This document shows, in pieces, positions 22,670-36,099 of a stretch of 64,000 bases of DNA. The translations under genes were made by a program, and so were the position numbers. The DNA is from Penicillus capitatus. Its lineage: Eukaryota > Plantae > Chlorophyta. The stretch lies in contig OZ287707.1 of the NCBI GenBank assembly GCA_965649825.1, positions 1 through 64,000 of the forward strand, in the 5' to 3' direction. The notes under the pieces were generated by a model. The model was not told where the DNA came from, did not search any database, and saw only the letters and a list, made by a program, of their open reading frames with translations. Each line of letters begins with the position of its first letter. Position 1 is the first letter of the stretch.

Positions 22670-25600
22670 GAAGAGAGCACGCTCAAGGTGGTCGTTGATG
22701 CACTGGAAGGTGACAAAATCGTGCTTTGCGGTCGGAGCTGCGCACCAACGCCTCCACGGGTCCTGAAGAAGCATCTAAGCTTTAGACTGATTGCCACTCG
22801 GAATCCGCGGCAAGCTGGCAAGAGAGAGCGAAGGAGTTCTGCCTTCTTCTCTCGGTTTTCTGTCGTGATGCACTTCAAAGAGCTACCGAAGGACCAGTGG
22901 ATGTGGATTGTGCAGTCGACATTGCACCGCCACTTTAGTATTGTCGAGGCGGATCTCGTTCGTGCCGTGGCCAGAAGGGTGACTGATTTACGCTGGAATG
23001 TCACAGAGGTCATCCAGCACAAGTGCGACGAGACGAGGCAGTCACACACTCATTGCTGACACTGAGCTGTTGATCTGGACGGCAACGATACCGACTGCTG
23101 AACATCTTCCTAAGAAAGACGCAGATCTCGGCAACTATGCCTGGCTGATCTACGGCTGTCGATTCAGAAAAGACTTCCGGCAGTTGGTGTGAGATGTTCT
23201 AAACGAGACCGGCTTGTCTGTCGGCTAACAGCACGTCTTATCGGATGCATTTGTCTCCAACATCGACAGGATGATCCAGACATGCTCTGCTCTGAGGTCC
23301 AATAACAAGCAGTGCCGCAAACTGAATGCAGAGTCCTCTCGGAAAAGAGGCTTCTCCACGAAGGCATCTCTGCACGACAGCGACAAGAGAATGATTCAGC
23401 GGTGTGCGTATGTATGTTCACGGAGACGTTTCGGAAACTATTCTCAAGCGGATTTCATGCAGTGTTATGGAGTGTGCACTTCATTCTCTGCATTCCGGCT
23501 CGTGAAATGGATAACAGATGCGCTGCAAGAAAGGTGCATCAGGATCGACAGTTCTGAAGAGCCCGGTGAACCTGGCGCCGAGATCCACTGCTCCGGTTTC
23601 GGGAACGGCAGGGGTAGGATGGTCATCCTCGACATTTTTGTCGAGAACTGGAGTATTGATCGAGACTCTGTGAATGTTCAGAGATTCGTCTTGCCAGGAA
23701 GGGATGCCTGCAGTGCTTGATGACCATACGTGTGAATGCTGACAGTCCTGGTGGATGGGTTGCAAGGTGAACGGCCCATTCTGATCAAAGGGTGTTATGG
23801 ATCCGGCAAAAGCTGTTTGACAAAGACGATTGCCTTCCTCCTGAGAGACCGATATGAGCGGGTCACACTCGCGTCTGAGAGTCGACTTCCGTCATGCTCA
23901 GAGAACATCTGCCCAAGGAGAACAGTTGTGAGGAGGTTTCCATTGATTAGGGGATGGTCCGTTAGCAAAATCATTCAAAGACAACACCGTCTGTATTGTA
24001 GACAACGTCGGTCAGGCAAAAGCAGAGTTGCAGGAGAGAATCAATCCCATTCCAGAATCCCCAAGGGCCCTTTGTCTGTCGAAGAAAGGAGAAACAAAAG
24101 TCGTTATTGTCCAGTTCCGAGTGACGGGACAGTATCCAAGGTGCCGTGACCTGCAAAAGGATTCCAGTTTATTGCAACCTGCACTCCAAATGGTGTCGAT
24201 TCAAGGGGATATGACAGAACATCGAATGAACCAACAGCTTCCCTCGCCAACCGATTCCTCGCAGTACATGTAGACGATCCTGGCCAGCTGCCAGACAGTC
24301 AGTTTTGTTCTGTCCTGAGCGCTGTGTTGGAATGCTCTGTGCCGTCGTCGGATGCATATTGAAGACATTTTCATGTGCTGCTTTAGAGATTCGAAGCTTT
24401 CTTGGCAAGCAAAGAGAAGGAAGCAACTTCAGACGTTCTGCCACAGTCTTGGTCGCTGTGTCTAATCTGATGACGCAATACCCTCAGACGCATTTCAAAG
24501 ACTGTCTACATTCTGCGTCGGTGGCAGTTTTTGCCTCCACATGAAGGACTCTCGGAAAAGGAACGAACTGCTCGATCGCATTGGCTGTCCGTCTGATGCG
24601 AAGAGCACACTGCAATTGCTTGACAGCGTCGATGTCGCTCTGCTCGGTGTCTGCACTCAGAAACCAGTTCTCGTCGAAGGAAAACCAGCGGTGGGAGAGA
24701 CAGCTCTGGTCGGTGGACTGAGGAAGTCTCGCGGGCGCTTGCTGCAGAAAGGTTATAATTCTGAGCAAACAGCGACACCGCCACACTGCAGGACTACTCT
24801 GGGACATGGCCGCCTGTAAAGGCAGGATTCCGTTAATCAAAGGGTGTCTGTCCTCGTCCAAGCGATCGATAACGGAGACTGGTTTGTGGCATAGGAGTTC
24901 AATCTTGCACTTCTTTCTGTCGCAGCAGCGTCAATGCCTTTCCTGGAGGGATCACTCGCTGTTCAGATTCCAGGCACAGGTGCGACGGTCAATGCACATC
25001 CCGATTTCAGACTCTCTGCAACCCAGAATCTATTCCACGGAGGGGGAGATGATGATGATGTCGACGGCTTTCAGCAGGACGAATTTGCTGACACCATCTA
25101 CAAAAGCGACTCCAAAGGGAAGAGTATGGAAGTGCTGTGACCGCCACCATAGAAGACGCAGAGAACCTGTCCACTCTCTACCTTGCGTCCTCGGAGATGT
25201 TCCGTCTGCCGACGAGAGACTTGATCAAGCTTGTTCGCATTTCAAGCTTCTCCAAGTAGAGGATAGAAATGGAACGTCCTGGCCTGCTGTTGTCGTGCCG
25301 TTGCTTGATCCCCTGATCCCAACCGTAGACGAACAGGTTCAGGAGATTCAGCAAGTGCAGCTCTTTTCACTCATCGAGTTGGCATTTGCAGAAAGGACAG
25401 AGACTATTGCAATATCCTGCACGGACAAACATATTGAAGAGAAGAGAAACGAATTTCTGTTCTTCCAAGGACCTCTGCGCGTTTCGTTCAGCGGATACAG
25501 ATTCGATCGAAGCCGACTGTGGAAACGTGACAATGCCGAGAAGCGGCCGCCCAAGATCTTTCCGGACAAGCTTGTTGAATTGGCATTCGCAACGAAGGAA

Positions 25601-26263
25601 AAAGAAACAGTGTGCCTCTATGGAGAGTCTTCCTACAAGACAGAACTCATCAGGACGTGGCCAGAGATCTCTCAGAGGGGGAACAAAGCGCAGATGATAC
25701 ACTTGACCTCGGATTCCGAAGCAACAGAACTGATCGGCCAAACGTGTCTAGTATGGATGGTGGAGGTTCTTGAAATGCTGTTATCCATCGGCAACTTCAT
25801 TCTCAAAGAGATCGAAGAAGTACTTGCCGTGAATAACATGCCAAAGAAACGCGAATACAGCATTCGACGGTTGGACTGCTCAGATGATCTTCCAAGAAGA
25901 GGCAATGCAACTCACTCATCGCACCCTTTGGAGGAAAATCAGAGATGGCGCGCGACCGGGAATCTTTCGCAACAATGGAAGAGACGCAGTCTGCACCTTC
26001 TGAAGGTGAAGCCAGCATTCGTCATTCGTCCAATACAGAGGGTACGGAATCATATGACGATTCGAGTAGCGACACAGTCCGGGGAACATCTGAGGGTGAA
26101 GAAGAAGGCGCTGATTGGAAAGAAGAAATCAACAGCTGCAGCTGACTGTTCCGAACAGTATCCGGGTGCGAAAACAGACTTTGGGATCCGTGTAGCGAGT
26201 GAGCCGATCGAAGAGCCCGAGTACAGCACGTTTGAATTTGTCCGCGAAACGGTAAGAGGGTGA
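22670..26263 (+). pseudogene. Midasin-like multi-AAA+ (MoxR/AAA_5-type) gene fragment, heavily frameshifted
   Basis: FRLIATRNP...FFSRF; PILIKGCYGSGKS; KPVLVEGKPAVGET; VNAHPDFRLSATQN; VCLYGESSYKT...HLTSDSEATELIGQ; acidic tail at 25950-26130. The motifs lie in different frames. An intron lies near 23187-23233. Confidence 0.72.
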
Positions 26264-26426
26264 TCGATTTGTTGAGCTTAGTGATATGCTTAGGAATTGC
26301 TTTCGCGTGGGCGTAGTTCTTTATCGACAAATAGTGAGCACTTTTTTAAACAGATGTCCGTTTGTTTTCAAAACCCCAATTTATAATCTAACATGACCTT
26401 ATGATTCCCGTCATGTCGTCGTCATG

Positions 26427-27438
26427 CTAATTGTCATGTTGTCGCTTCCTTGGTCTTTCCTTCTTCGGCCTGACAATATTCTTCGGTGTTGCTGTCGCTT
26501 CTAGGGTTTTGCCCGCCAGACAGCCTAGACGATGCAAGATGTTATCTTGCTCCGCCAGTCTTGCCTTGAGTTCTTCGTTCTCCGCACGTTCTTTGGTAAG
26601 AGCATCTCGCAGCTTGAAGAGATCTTTTTTAAACAAACTATTTTCTTCGCTCAGTCGAGAGATCTCCTGCATGAGTCTTGTCGTCTTCTCGGCACCTATG
26701 TCCATGTGTCAACGAAACTTTCTGAAACAAAAAAGAGGGGCACTTGCCTGAACCAGAGTGGGCAGTGTTCACGTTGGCCACACTTACCGGCTTCCCTTCG
26801 GCGCAGTTTCCACTTTCGGTGACAAAATCTCGTCCGACGTCATCTTTTGAGAGTGTTAACGAGGATCCTGGACACACAGGCAACGGTGGTTCCTCTTCAA
26901 ACAGTCTGCAGTGTACCTTGTGTGTTCTGCTGTCTTTGTGTTTCGTTCTGTGGAGCCTGAGGAGATTTCTTTTCTGCTTGCACTTGGCTTCGGTGATCTG
27001 TGTCGTACTCTGTAGGATTCCCGATTGTCCCACAGCGGCCTATGATGTTGCAGGCATGTACGACGAGCACCCTAGAAAGAAAATACTAACGCCGTTTTTT
27101 TGAATCAAATGCGCACTTCTGTGCATTGATGTGTGAGATCCTCCAATCGGTGACCTCGATCACCATTCCGAAAAAATCGGAGAATCTCGACGCGCACTGT
27201 AGCAGTTCACTCGATGCCAGACCCGTCACGAATGCCGGGATTTCGTAGGCGCCGTCGCTGAAGACTCCAAAAAACCACTCGCCTTGACTCTCAGCGTCTT
27301 CTTCTGCCTCTGCACGCCACCGTCGCGACAGAAAAAGTTGCGTTCGCGCTTACCTGTGAATTGAAGGCGCAAGGGTTCCCTGAACGTTCTGTTCTCGGCC
27401 CACTGCGTTACCTCCGCCAAGCGACCCGTGGAAAGCAT
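26427..27438 (-). CDS. Small protein: RPA70N-type OB fold + linker + coiled coil (5 exons)
   Basis: Spliced product MLSTGRLAEV...EPLRLQF...FGVFSDGAYEIPAFVT...VIEVTDWRISHINAQKVLVVHACNIIGRCGTIGNPTEY...RLMQEISRLSEEN...* is open across four 44-52 bp introns, one of them GC-AG. The SDG...IGNP pattern resembles RPA70N. Confidence 0.6.
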
Positions 27439-27615
27439 CGCGCAACGAAGTCGGTTTCTAAAACGAAGACGATTTGAATAAATGCGCTCAATTTTGAAAG
27501 AACCCAGACAGACGCGGAAAAGTACATCCAGGCGTCTGATTGATGGCACCTGCTGCGTATGATTCGTGCTCAACACTTCTCACGGCTTACGACGAGTCGA
27601 CGTTGAATTCGCAGG

Positions 27616-28203
27616 TTAAGGCCGAGAGAGAATCGAAGAAGCGGCAGAAAGCGTAAAAAGGACGTTGATGAAAAGGTGTCGCATGGCGACGCTGGCGTGT
27701 TTTCCTGTGAACTGCATGTCACGGAAATGCTTCGCCTGGAGAACCTCATATTCGACAGAAGTCACTGCAGTATCCGCAAAGTCTTTCTGAACTTCGTCGG
27801 CCTCGTAGACAGAATGCATCTGCTCAGTTGGCGACCGCTTGCGCTGGCTGCATAAGCCGTCATAGATGTTCAAAGCAACTTCGCTTCTGATGCAGAAACT
27901 CTGAAGTCCGATTCCCCTAATCGATAGAAAACGTGCCTGGATTCCATGGGACAGGCGGTAGAACAAGTATGTGACGAAACAGTCAGAGGATTCACTTTCG
28001 TTTCTCTGTTTATTGCTTGAATGGCCGTGCCACTGCATCTCTGCCAGATGCCGGAATTTTACGAATGACAAAGGAATAAACTCTTGAACGGAAGAGGAGT
28101 TCGCCATTCGCTGTCCTCCCTGCCGTAGTTGGCAGCAGTTTGCGTCGAATTTATTCCTGCGTTGTAGTGGTTGTTGCTCATCCGGTGTTCCATTTTCATC
28201 CAA
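27616..28203 (-). CDS. Hypothetical 195-aa ORF
   Basis: ORF length only; no motif recognised. Confidence 0.2.
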   Translation of the reverse strand: MDENGTPDEQQPLQRRNKFDANCCQLRQGGQRMANSSSVQEFIPLSFVKFRHLAEMQWHGHSSNKQRNESESSDCFVTYLFYRLSHGIQARFLSIRGIGLQSFCIRSEVALNIYDGLCSQRKRSPTEQMHSVYEADEVQKDFADTAVTSVEYEVLQAKHFRDMQFTGKHASVAMRHLFINVLFTLSAASSILSRP

Positions 28204-28299
28204 GTCCGCCCATCAGGAGATATTCCGAGGACATCTAACGAGCGTGACTACAGGGACTCTTTGCACGAGGGTGCATTTGAACTCTCGCTGATGCTTTCC

Positions 28300-30150
28300 T
28301 CATATCTGTCGATGAAGTGCCTGCACGAAATCCAGATAGCCTCCCATCGAATGATTTCGATCCTCGATCAGCAGGGACCACAGATGCTGCTCTTGTTCTG
28401 TTCCCAACTGCAAGAGAATAATTGGCTGGTATCCTCTTCGTCTCTCGCGGATGTTTCCAATAAGAGCACAGTCTCGTTGTAAAACTCATTCTGCTGAGCC
28501 GGATCCCCTCTCAGACAGTGGAGGGACTGCGTCTCGCGCGACTGCGGCGCCACACCTTTTAACTTTGATAGGAATTCCAGAGGCACAGAGCCACCGAACA
28601 ATAGGAGAATGAGCTGTGCCGTGTCCAACTGGTAGTCTCGGTAGGCTACCAAAGATCCGTACGAACAAGGCGGCACAGCAGACAACTCCACCCGAACTGG
28701 GTCCTCGAAAAGAGTGAAGACAATGACAGCGAATGCACCTCCTTGCTCTTGGGCATTTTTTCGATGTCCTAATTGTGGTAGAGGGTCGTCGAGAGAAGAA
28801 GCAGGATCCTGTCTATGGTGCAAGCCATGAGCTCAAACCCACTGGCCACACGTTCATCGGCAGGCACTCCTGGTGCCGGACCGAGAATTGCGTTGCATTT
28901 GAGAGGGACAGAATCCAAAGAGGCAAGTATCGCAGGGTCTCTGGGAAAAGTAAGTTGATTTCCACCCCGGAAACTCCTCGAATGCATAATGCTAGACCGA
29001 TTGATAGAGCTCTTGTACAAGGAGAAGGCAAGAATGGGTCGAGTGCCTGTTTTCACACAATCTGGCGATCAGCTTTCCCTCAATCGATTTTTGTGCAGAG
29101 CAGATTCTCGAACTGCATGACCTATCGACCTCAAACTTTGACATCAGGGATATTGCAGCAGCATCAGCTCCACGATATAGATCTGGGTGATCATGCGACA
29201 CAGGAGATTGCAGAGTGTGAACCCTGTAAACAATCTGTCTCTGGGTGATGCATCGCATGGAGGTGCAAACCTGATGCGCCGTTCACCCGGGAAGATGTAC
29301 AGAACAAGGCACACTGCAGACTGGCTACGTTGCCGTTGAAAACCATCTCGTCGTACTTTATCTCAACAGCAAATGCCTTGTCTGGACCGCTCGTTGGCAA
29401 GGACTGCAGATACGAAGAACGGACAAAGAAATGTTCACAGAAAGAGGTGATGTCCAGTCCTGAGTCATTGCGTATTGCGCAACAAAGAGTGACCAGATCT
29501 ATGCCTCTGCTGCAGCGTAGTCGCATAACATCTTCCCATGCTGTATGTCGTGTGAGATTTCGCATGATATCACGATGCAGTCTGCCTTCGTCTCGCTTCA
29601 TGATGAAGCCTGGATATCGACAGAGCCGCCAGCAGACTCATAGTGTCACGTCGTGTGTCGATAGAGATATGAGAATTTGCCTGTCCTCCACTGTATCTGG
29701 GAAGGAAAACGACTGAAGCGAGATCTGCGTATCGTCCACAGAAGGAGAAGGCATCGATGAAAATCTGCACACGTCTGCACTCTGCGGCAAGTCTCTTGTA
29801 GAAGGTATCTTCAGGATTTCTCAGACTGTGTTCTCTGATGCAGTAGAAAAGTGGAATTCTAAGGCGGCACGAAGAAAGATGAAGATGACCTATCCATATT
29901 TGGAAAGAGCCACGTTTTCTCTGTATCAACGTCGAAACGGAAGGCTCGAAAGAGCTCAGAAGACGACGTTGTCGTCGAGCCGAGTCAAACAAAGGCGCCT
30001 GAAGAAACGAATCTGATTGACTTGGACGACGGCGACATCGGTCAGGCATATCTGTCGTTTGTCGACTAGACGCTACGTAGGAGCAGCTCCGTAGGCACAC
30101 GCACAGATGTCTTTGACAAAAACTCGCGGATCGATCCGCTTTCGACGGAT
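28300..30150 (-). pseudogene. SEC24: Sec24 COPII coat subunit pseudogene (3' half)
   Basis: PEDTFYKRLAAEC...YADLAS...YSGGQ; YPGF...RDEGRLHRDI.RNLTRHTAWEDVMRLRCS; PDKAFAVEI; GERRIR reached only by a frameshift near 29290; C-terminus LLIEDRNHSMGGYLDFVQALHRQI*. Introns retained; 5' boundary approximate. Confidence 0.85.
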
Positions 30151-32392
30151 TCATGGGAGGAACCGAAAGCGCCCTCGCGGTGGACACGGGGATGGCTCGT
30201 TGGTTCCGGCGCATATGGCAAGCTCTACTTGGACTTAATTAAGAAACGGGCCAGTTGCTGGCTGTTAAACAAGTCCCGCCCACACGACAACGGCATTGTT
30301 TGGCTGAACAAGAAATGCTATCTAGGTGCAAGTTCCGAGCAAGGCATCAGTGATCTATCAGATAACCTCTTGGCATAGGCACTCGGGGATGGCTGGATGT
30401 CTGATAGAGTCATGCCGAAGAGGCACGAAAGCTGTTCCTGTCCAGGAGAGAGACCGAATGCTTCGCGGCTGCTGTTGTATCCGTTTGTCTTCAGTGTGCC
30501 ACATACGGACGGAGAAAAGAGCTATGCTCTCTAGGCAGATCCTATTCCCTCGATACATATCGATGCCGATGCCGATGCCGAAGTCTTTGCATCGATGTCG
30601 ATATCGGATATTCTATCCCATGCTCCCAACCTCGTTTCCGAAACGTCAACTGGCATGTCACGGAGACCTGTGCCACAGGAGAAATCGGCTGATAAGAAAT
30701 CGCCGTCGATGGCCGATGTGACTTCTTGTGCAACATTGGCCACGCGAAAATCCGAGACGCAATTTTCGTTTCGAAGCCGAATGGGCCAGCGAATTCGAAA
30801 AGGAACTCAAAGCCATGAAAGATCAAAGCAGGCATAGCTTGTTTTCGCAGCACACACTCGCCATACAATCTCTCTACCATCATCTCCAAGTAAAGGTATG
30901 TTTTACTATTATGCTCATGTGCTTGCTGATAGACGTCCTCTTCATCACCATCACCATTGTCGAGGCACTGATCATCGACCATTTCGATTTGGAGTGCACC
31001 CAGCAGCCTCTGTCGTCGAATGCAATTTTGAAGGTCGTTTTCAAACGTTTCTATTGTCTCGTCTTCTTTATTATGAGAAGTAATCTTGCTTGGGATCTTA
31101 TGTGTTGCTGATAAAAAAAACTAAGAGTGATGTCGCTGAGGTCAAAGAGAGGCGACGTGCGAGAAAACCCCACCAAAATCTGTGCAGCACCGACCAATAT
31201 ATGAGATTGTGGATGCGTGAGCGTGTGCAGCGAAAGCGGTCTTTTCAACTCCCATCAGAGGATGTTTGGCCGTCCGGCGCCAGTTTCCGTAGCAGTGAAG
31301 GTGTCGAGCAGCGCCTTAGGCTCGATGCCGCCGGGCTCTGAGTCCAGCCAGAGACGACATACAGCGGCAGCTGTGGCGACACTGGATAACTCAATCAGCT
31401 GACAGCACCATTCTTACATGGACAGATGGAGGGAAACGTGCGAGCACACCTCTGGAGCCATCCAATAAGGGGATCCAGCAACCGTCTTATCAGTTTCCTC
31501 AATCGCTATTCTTTCCTCGAAGGACGATTATGAGCTCGACGGCTGACAGAGACTACGCCAGTCAATACAAATCATACGGCGAAGATGACGATTCCGCGTC
31601 TTTGTAAATGGTGCTCTGTATGGTGAGCCAAGTCTCTATGTTCGACACTGCATGCATGTCCGATAGCTCTCTGACTAATTTGTTCGATGGGGCTCGGTTT
31701 GGAAGCTTCTGTCGGTCAGCAGCGCTGGCGATGCTTTGTGGCGAACTTGGACAAAATGCATGCATTGGAGTTTAATGATGCGTCTGCCCTGAACAACGCC
31801 TCAATGAATCCGCGCGTTTCGATCAGTGTCGGTCTGTCGGCAAACCCGTTTGCCTGTTCCCATCACATCTTCTCGCATTTGCAAGTACACTTCATCTATT
31901 CTCTGATTCTGTTCTATCTTCATCGGAATCGGGCACACTGTCACCACCCGATCTCCGTCATTTGTCAGACGATTTCGAATTCAAATAGTATGGTGGGTAG
32001 ATGTTGCTTGCCGATCCACAGCATCACAATCAGGGGTGAAACTCTACGTCTTGTGGAGTGGAGATATGCTGCCAAATCGGAATCTTTTCCCTTCGTTGAA
32101 TTGACCATTATTGTCGTCCATCTTGAATGCACATTTCTCAACCCATTTAAAAAATTATCCGCCTGTGGCGTTTGTCCAATGAGAGGCGCGACAGACGGGA
32201 CCTTGTGTCCCAATCGTGACGGATAAAAATGGCGACTCTCGTCACGTCGCTCCCTATATTCGAATCTTGTTTGACTCGTTTGGCATGTTGTCCATCACTT
32301 CGGAAAGCGCTCGCCTCCTGATGTCAGGACACTGACTGAGGCAATAAAGTTTCGTTTTCGAGTATTCCCATTGCTGCACACGAAGAGCAAGG

Positions 32393-33639
32393 ATGTATTA
32401 TTCCCAGACCCCTGCCGACACGGTTGGGTATTCCTTTGCCGAGAAGCTTGCTCGTATTTTGCAAGTCGTTCACCTTCACGTCGATCAAGGGCATTCGATA
32501 TCCACTTGCAAGAGGCTCTCGTTAAAAATCGCCAGGTACCAACTGTATATCGGCTGATGTGATCCATTGAATCCATTTCTTGGTCAGGTTTTACTGGAAC
32601 GACTATGTCTGCTTGACATTGACTGCAGCTATCGGACTTGCTTTTTCGTTGGCCTTTTACAAAGTACTGTCAGAGGATGTCTCGGTCTTCCAAGCCATGG
32701 CAGTAAGAGCGCTTGTCAGCAGTTTAGTCATGCTCTCGACATGTTACTGGAAACAAATATCGATGATTCAACCGCACGAAAAGATCTTGCTCTACATTGC
32801 TCGAGGTGTTGCTGGAAGCATATCGAGTGCCTCCCTCTATCTCTCTACCTTCTTGCTTCCCCTTTCTGACGTCGCTTTTCTGTCAAACAATTCATTAGGT
32901 TCTCCACTCCGTTGAGAACTGGATATTCATTGTTATGTGCTGCACAGCTGTGACGGCAGTCTTCTCATGGATACTGGGTTTTGAACAGCTGAGTGTTCGT
33001 TCATGGCTGGGGATTTTGGGATGTATCATGGGCAATGCTCTGGTGGCTAAACCCCCTTTTGTCTTTGGAGGAAATGTCGAATGGAGCACAGAACGTCTCA
33101 TTGGCATTGCTGCCGCCATTGCGAGCAGTATAGCCGTGGCAGGCGTTTCAATTCTCGCACGGTAACATTTCTGTCCCTGCACATCAATGAAAAGACCCTG
33201 TTGGTGTAGCTACATCGGTAAGAGTGTGAACAGCTTGGTGCCGATAACATACACACACATCTGCTGTTTTATTTTGGCGATCCCATTTCTGGAGCGTGGT
33301 ATACCGAAGCCAATGAACACACAACATTCTCCACTGCTCCTCATATCTTATGCAGTGGTCTGTGCAGCTGGGGTCTTCGTTCAATGGATTCTATCGCGTG
33401 CACTGCAGATTGGCCCTCCGGCAAAGACATCTGCACTGCTCATGATGAACATGCTGATGTCAGCAATAATCGGAGTCCTTTTCTTCTCCGAATCTATTTC
33501 ATGGCTTACTGGTCTAGGGGCAGCTGTTATTGCTATCTCTGTCCTTCTTATCGTAACATCAGGTTCTTCAGAGACTAAAACTGTCGAAGAAAGATACCAG
33601 CGTTTGTTAGTTGCTGAGGACGCAGAACTTGGCAACTGA
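32393..33639 (+). CDS. EamA/DMT-family transporter, paralog 1
   Basis: Multi-TM exons (ARGVAG...LPLSDVAFL; LVAKPPFVFG; SRALQIGPPAKTSAL) joined in frame by ~50-bp GT-AG introns. Start uncertain. Confidence 0.82.
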
Positions 33640-34686
33640 ACCGTTCTGTTTTCCTTTTTAATAAACAAAGAGGTTTAGAATGAGGAGTTCTCTGATTCGT
33701 AATGAACTGTGGCAAACATGAATGTGAAACCTGGTGGCGGAGATCTACGACTTGGTTTTTCTTCTTGGTCTGATGAAGCTCTATGTAGTTCTGGATTTTT
33801 CCTTTCGTTGAACGCTGAATGGTGATGGCAGACGTTGGAATGTAAAAAGAGTCACTGTTGCTGTGTTTCAACAGTTCGCATGTACCCATCTGAATCTGTA
33901 AGCATGTCACATTTTTAGGGCGATTCGTGACAAGCGGCGTCAGTTGCTGAGGCAAAGATATTATAAATGATGACGGGGCCGCTTAGTTAGTTGCGACGGG
34001 CGACTTGGGTAACATCTGGTATTATGAGCTCGGTCATCACTCTGACCACGTGTCAACGACATACTCTGCAGAATGCTATTCTTTTCTGTGGCTGCCGATC
34101 TGATACACGGATTCCTTCAACTGTGGTTAGGAAAAGAGACTGACTAATCAGCCTGATGCGAACGCTGTGCGTCACGCAGATCCTTCCACTGTCAAACTTC
34201 ATCATCCAAAGATGGTTTCACCAGACGTTTCTTAATCCTTCGCCTGCATTCTCATCCTTTGCTACTTGTACAAGAGCAGATTTCGATTAAGCACCCTTTC
34301 TGAACTGTGATTTAGTGTTGATGTGAGGAGATTATTTCTTCGTAGCGTACTGCAAACCCCTCATGTTGTTCATTTCTCCAAGTCAATATTCGTTTCACGC
34401 GAGTAGACACCAGTCCAAAATGTACATTTCTGACAGTTCACATTCTCGACCCCTTATCTCACTAGCGTATCGTGTTCATATATGCATCTGGGGTGTGGCA
34501 AGGATTCAATCGAACTCGCAGTAGACTATCAGAAACACGTCTCTTTGTTTTAATGCAGCTATCGTAGGACACAATCCGACGACTATACTGACTTGTGAAA
34601 GCATGCATGCAACGGTAGTGGTTAATTGCGTCAATTTTTTCTGGCCAAATTTGTTCGTTCTGCACGATTTTAAAACCACCAGCGAG

Positions 34687-36037
34687 ATGCTGCCCGCAAC
34701 CTCGACGATGTCTTATAACACCGATCCACTGTTACCCTATCGAACTGACGACGTCGAGCAGGTTACCGGGTCGGTCAAGTCTTCAACGCCGTGCGCAATT
34801 GGTAAACATATCGACGTTGTCCTCACCGTATCCGAGGAATCGATTTCAGGGAATTGTCAACGAGACTTGAGCAATGCAGTATCTGGTGTTAAGCACGAGA
34901 CGCTTCTGTCAAAATACGCCCAGTAAAGATGGATGAATCCCAAATAGAACGAATGGATGGATGCTTCATGTAGGGTATTCTGGAATAATTACGTGTGCCT
35001 GGCTTTGTCGGCTGCTATGGGTTTATGTTTCTCGATGACTTTCATGAAGTTTCTCACCGAGGAAGTACCGGTTTTCCAAGGCATTGCCGCGCGATCACTT
35101 TTTGGCGGTACAGTACTCATAGTGGCTTGCTGGCAACGAGGCGTTTCGCTATTCGAGCCACGTGAAAAAATCTGTCTCTTCATTGCACGCGGCATCACAG
35201 GCGCACTCACCAATATATGTCTATTCTCGTCGTCAGCTCTGCTTCCTCTCTCAGAAGCAGCCTTCATGTCAAACAGTTTTCCAGGTAAGAGATCACTAGG
35301 CAAAGCGAAATAATAATGGTTTCTCTGTGTAGCGGTAACAGCCGTCTTCTCCTGGATCTTGGGTCTTGAACAGTTGGCGTGGATGGGGTGGCTGGGCGTT
35401 CTGGGGACCGTTGTTGGAAATGGGTTGGTGGCACAGCCATCTTTCCTCTTCGGAGAACGCAAGGATTGGGACGGTGACCGCTTCTGGGGTATCGTTGCTG
35501 CGATTTCTGGGAATCTCTGTCTGGCAGCTACCTCGATCATCCTCAGGCAAAGACTTCCTCCACATTGAGTGTCTAAGACGCGTGTGCTTTGCTCGCAGAT
35601 ATGTTGGTAAGAACGTGAGCAGCATGATCCCAAACGTTTACATGCATGTCATCACATTTTTTACTCTTCTTCCTTTCCTAGTTTTCAGCATACCCGATCC
35701 AGTGAGCACGGACCACTCATCTCTTGTGCTGATATCGTACGCCATTGTTTGTGTTGTCGGCGTCGTTGCTCAATTGGTTCAGTCACGTGGTTTCCAAACG
35801 GGTCCTCCAGCCAAGACGACGACTGTACTGATGACCCATACACTCATGTCTGGAGTTGTCGGCGTTATCTTTTTTTCTGAGTCCATCTCGTGGCTTTCTG
35901 GGTTGGGAGCTCTGTTAATTGTGATGTCTGTCATTCTTGTCCTGGTTTCGCGCTCAAAGGACAAAATGCCAGAAGTTCGTTATCAACCTATGCTGTCTAC
36001 GGGTGGAGAAGAACAGAACGATCAAAGGGGGTTCTGA
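34687..36037 (+). CDS. EamA/DMT-family transporter, paralog 2
   Basis: Same exon layout as paralog 1 (ARGITG...LPLSEAAF; LVAQPSFLFG; SRGFQTGPPAKTT). The third intron is GC-AG (35547-35598). Confidence 0.85.
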
Positions 36038-36099
36038 ATTGACTTTTGACTGAAATTGACTTTCAAATTTACTTTCAGTTCATTTATTCACTGAGAAGA

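Noticed and set aside
33967-34045. Intergenic box C/D snoRNA (ATGATGA ... CTGA)
   Set aside because: No terminal stem, no clear C'/D' boxes and no recognisable guide; the motifs could arise by chance.
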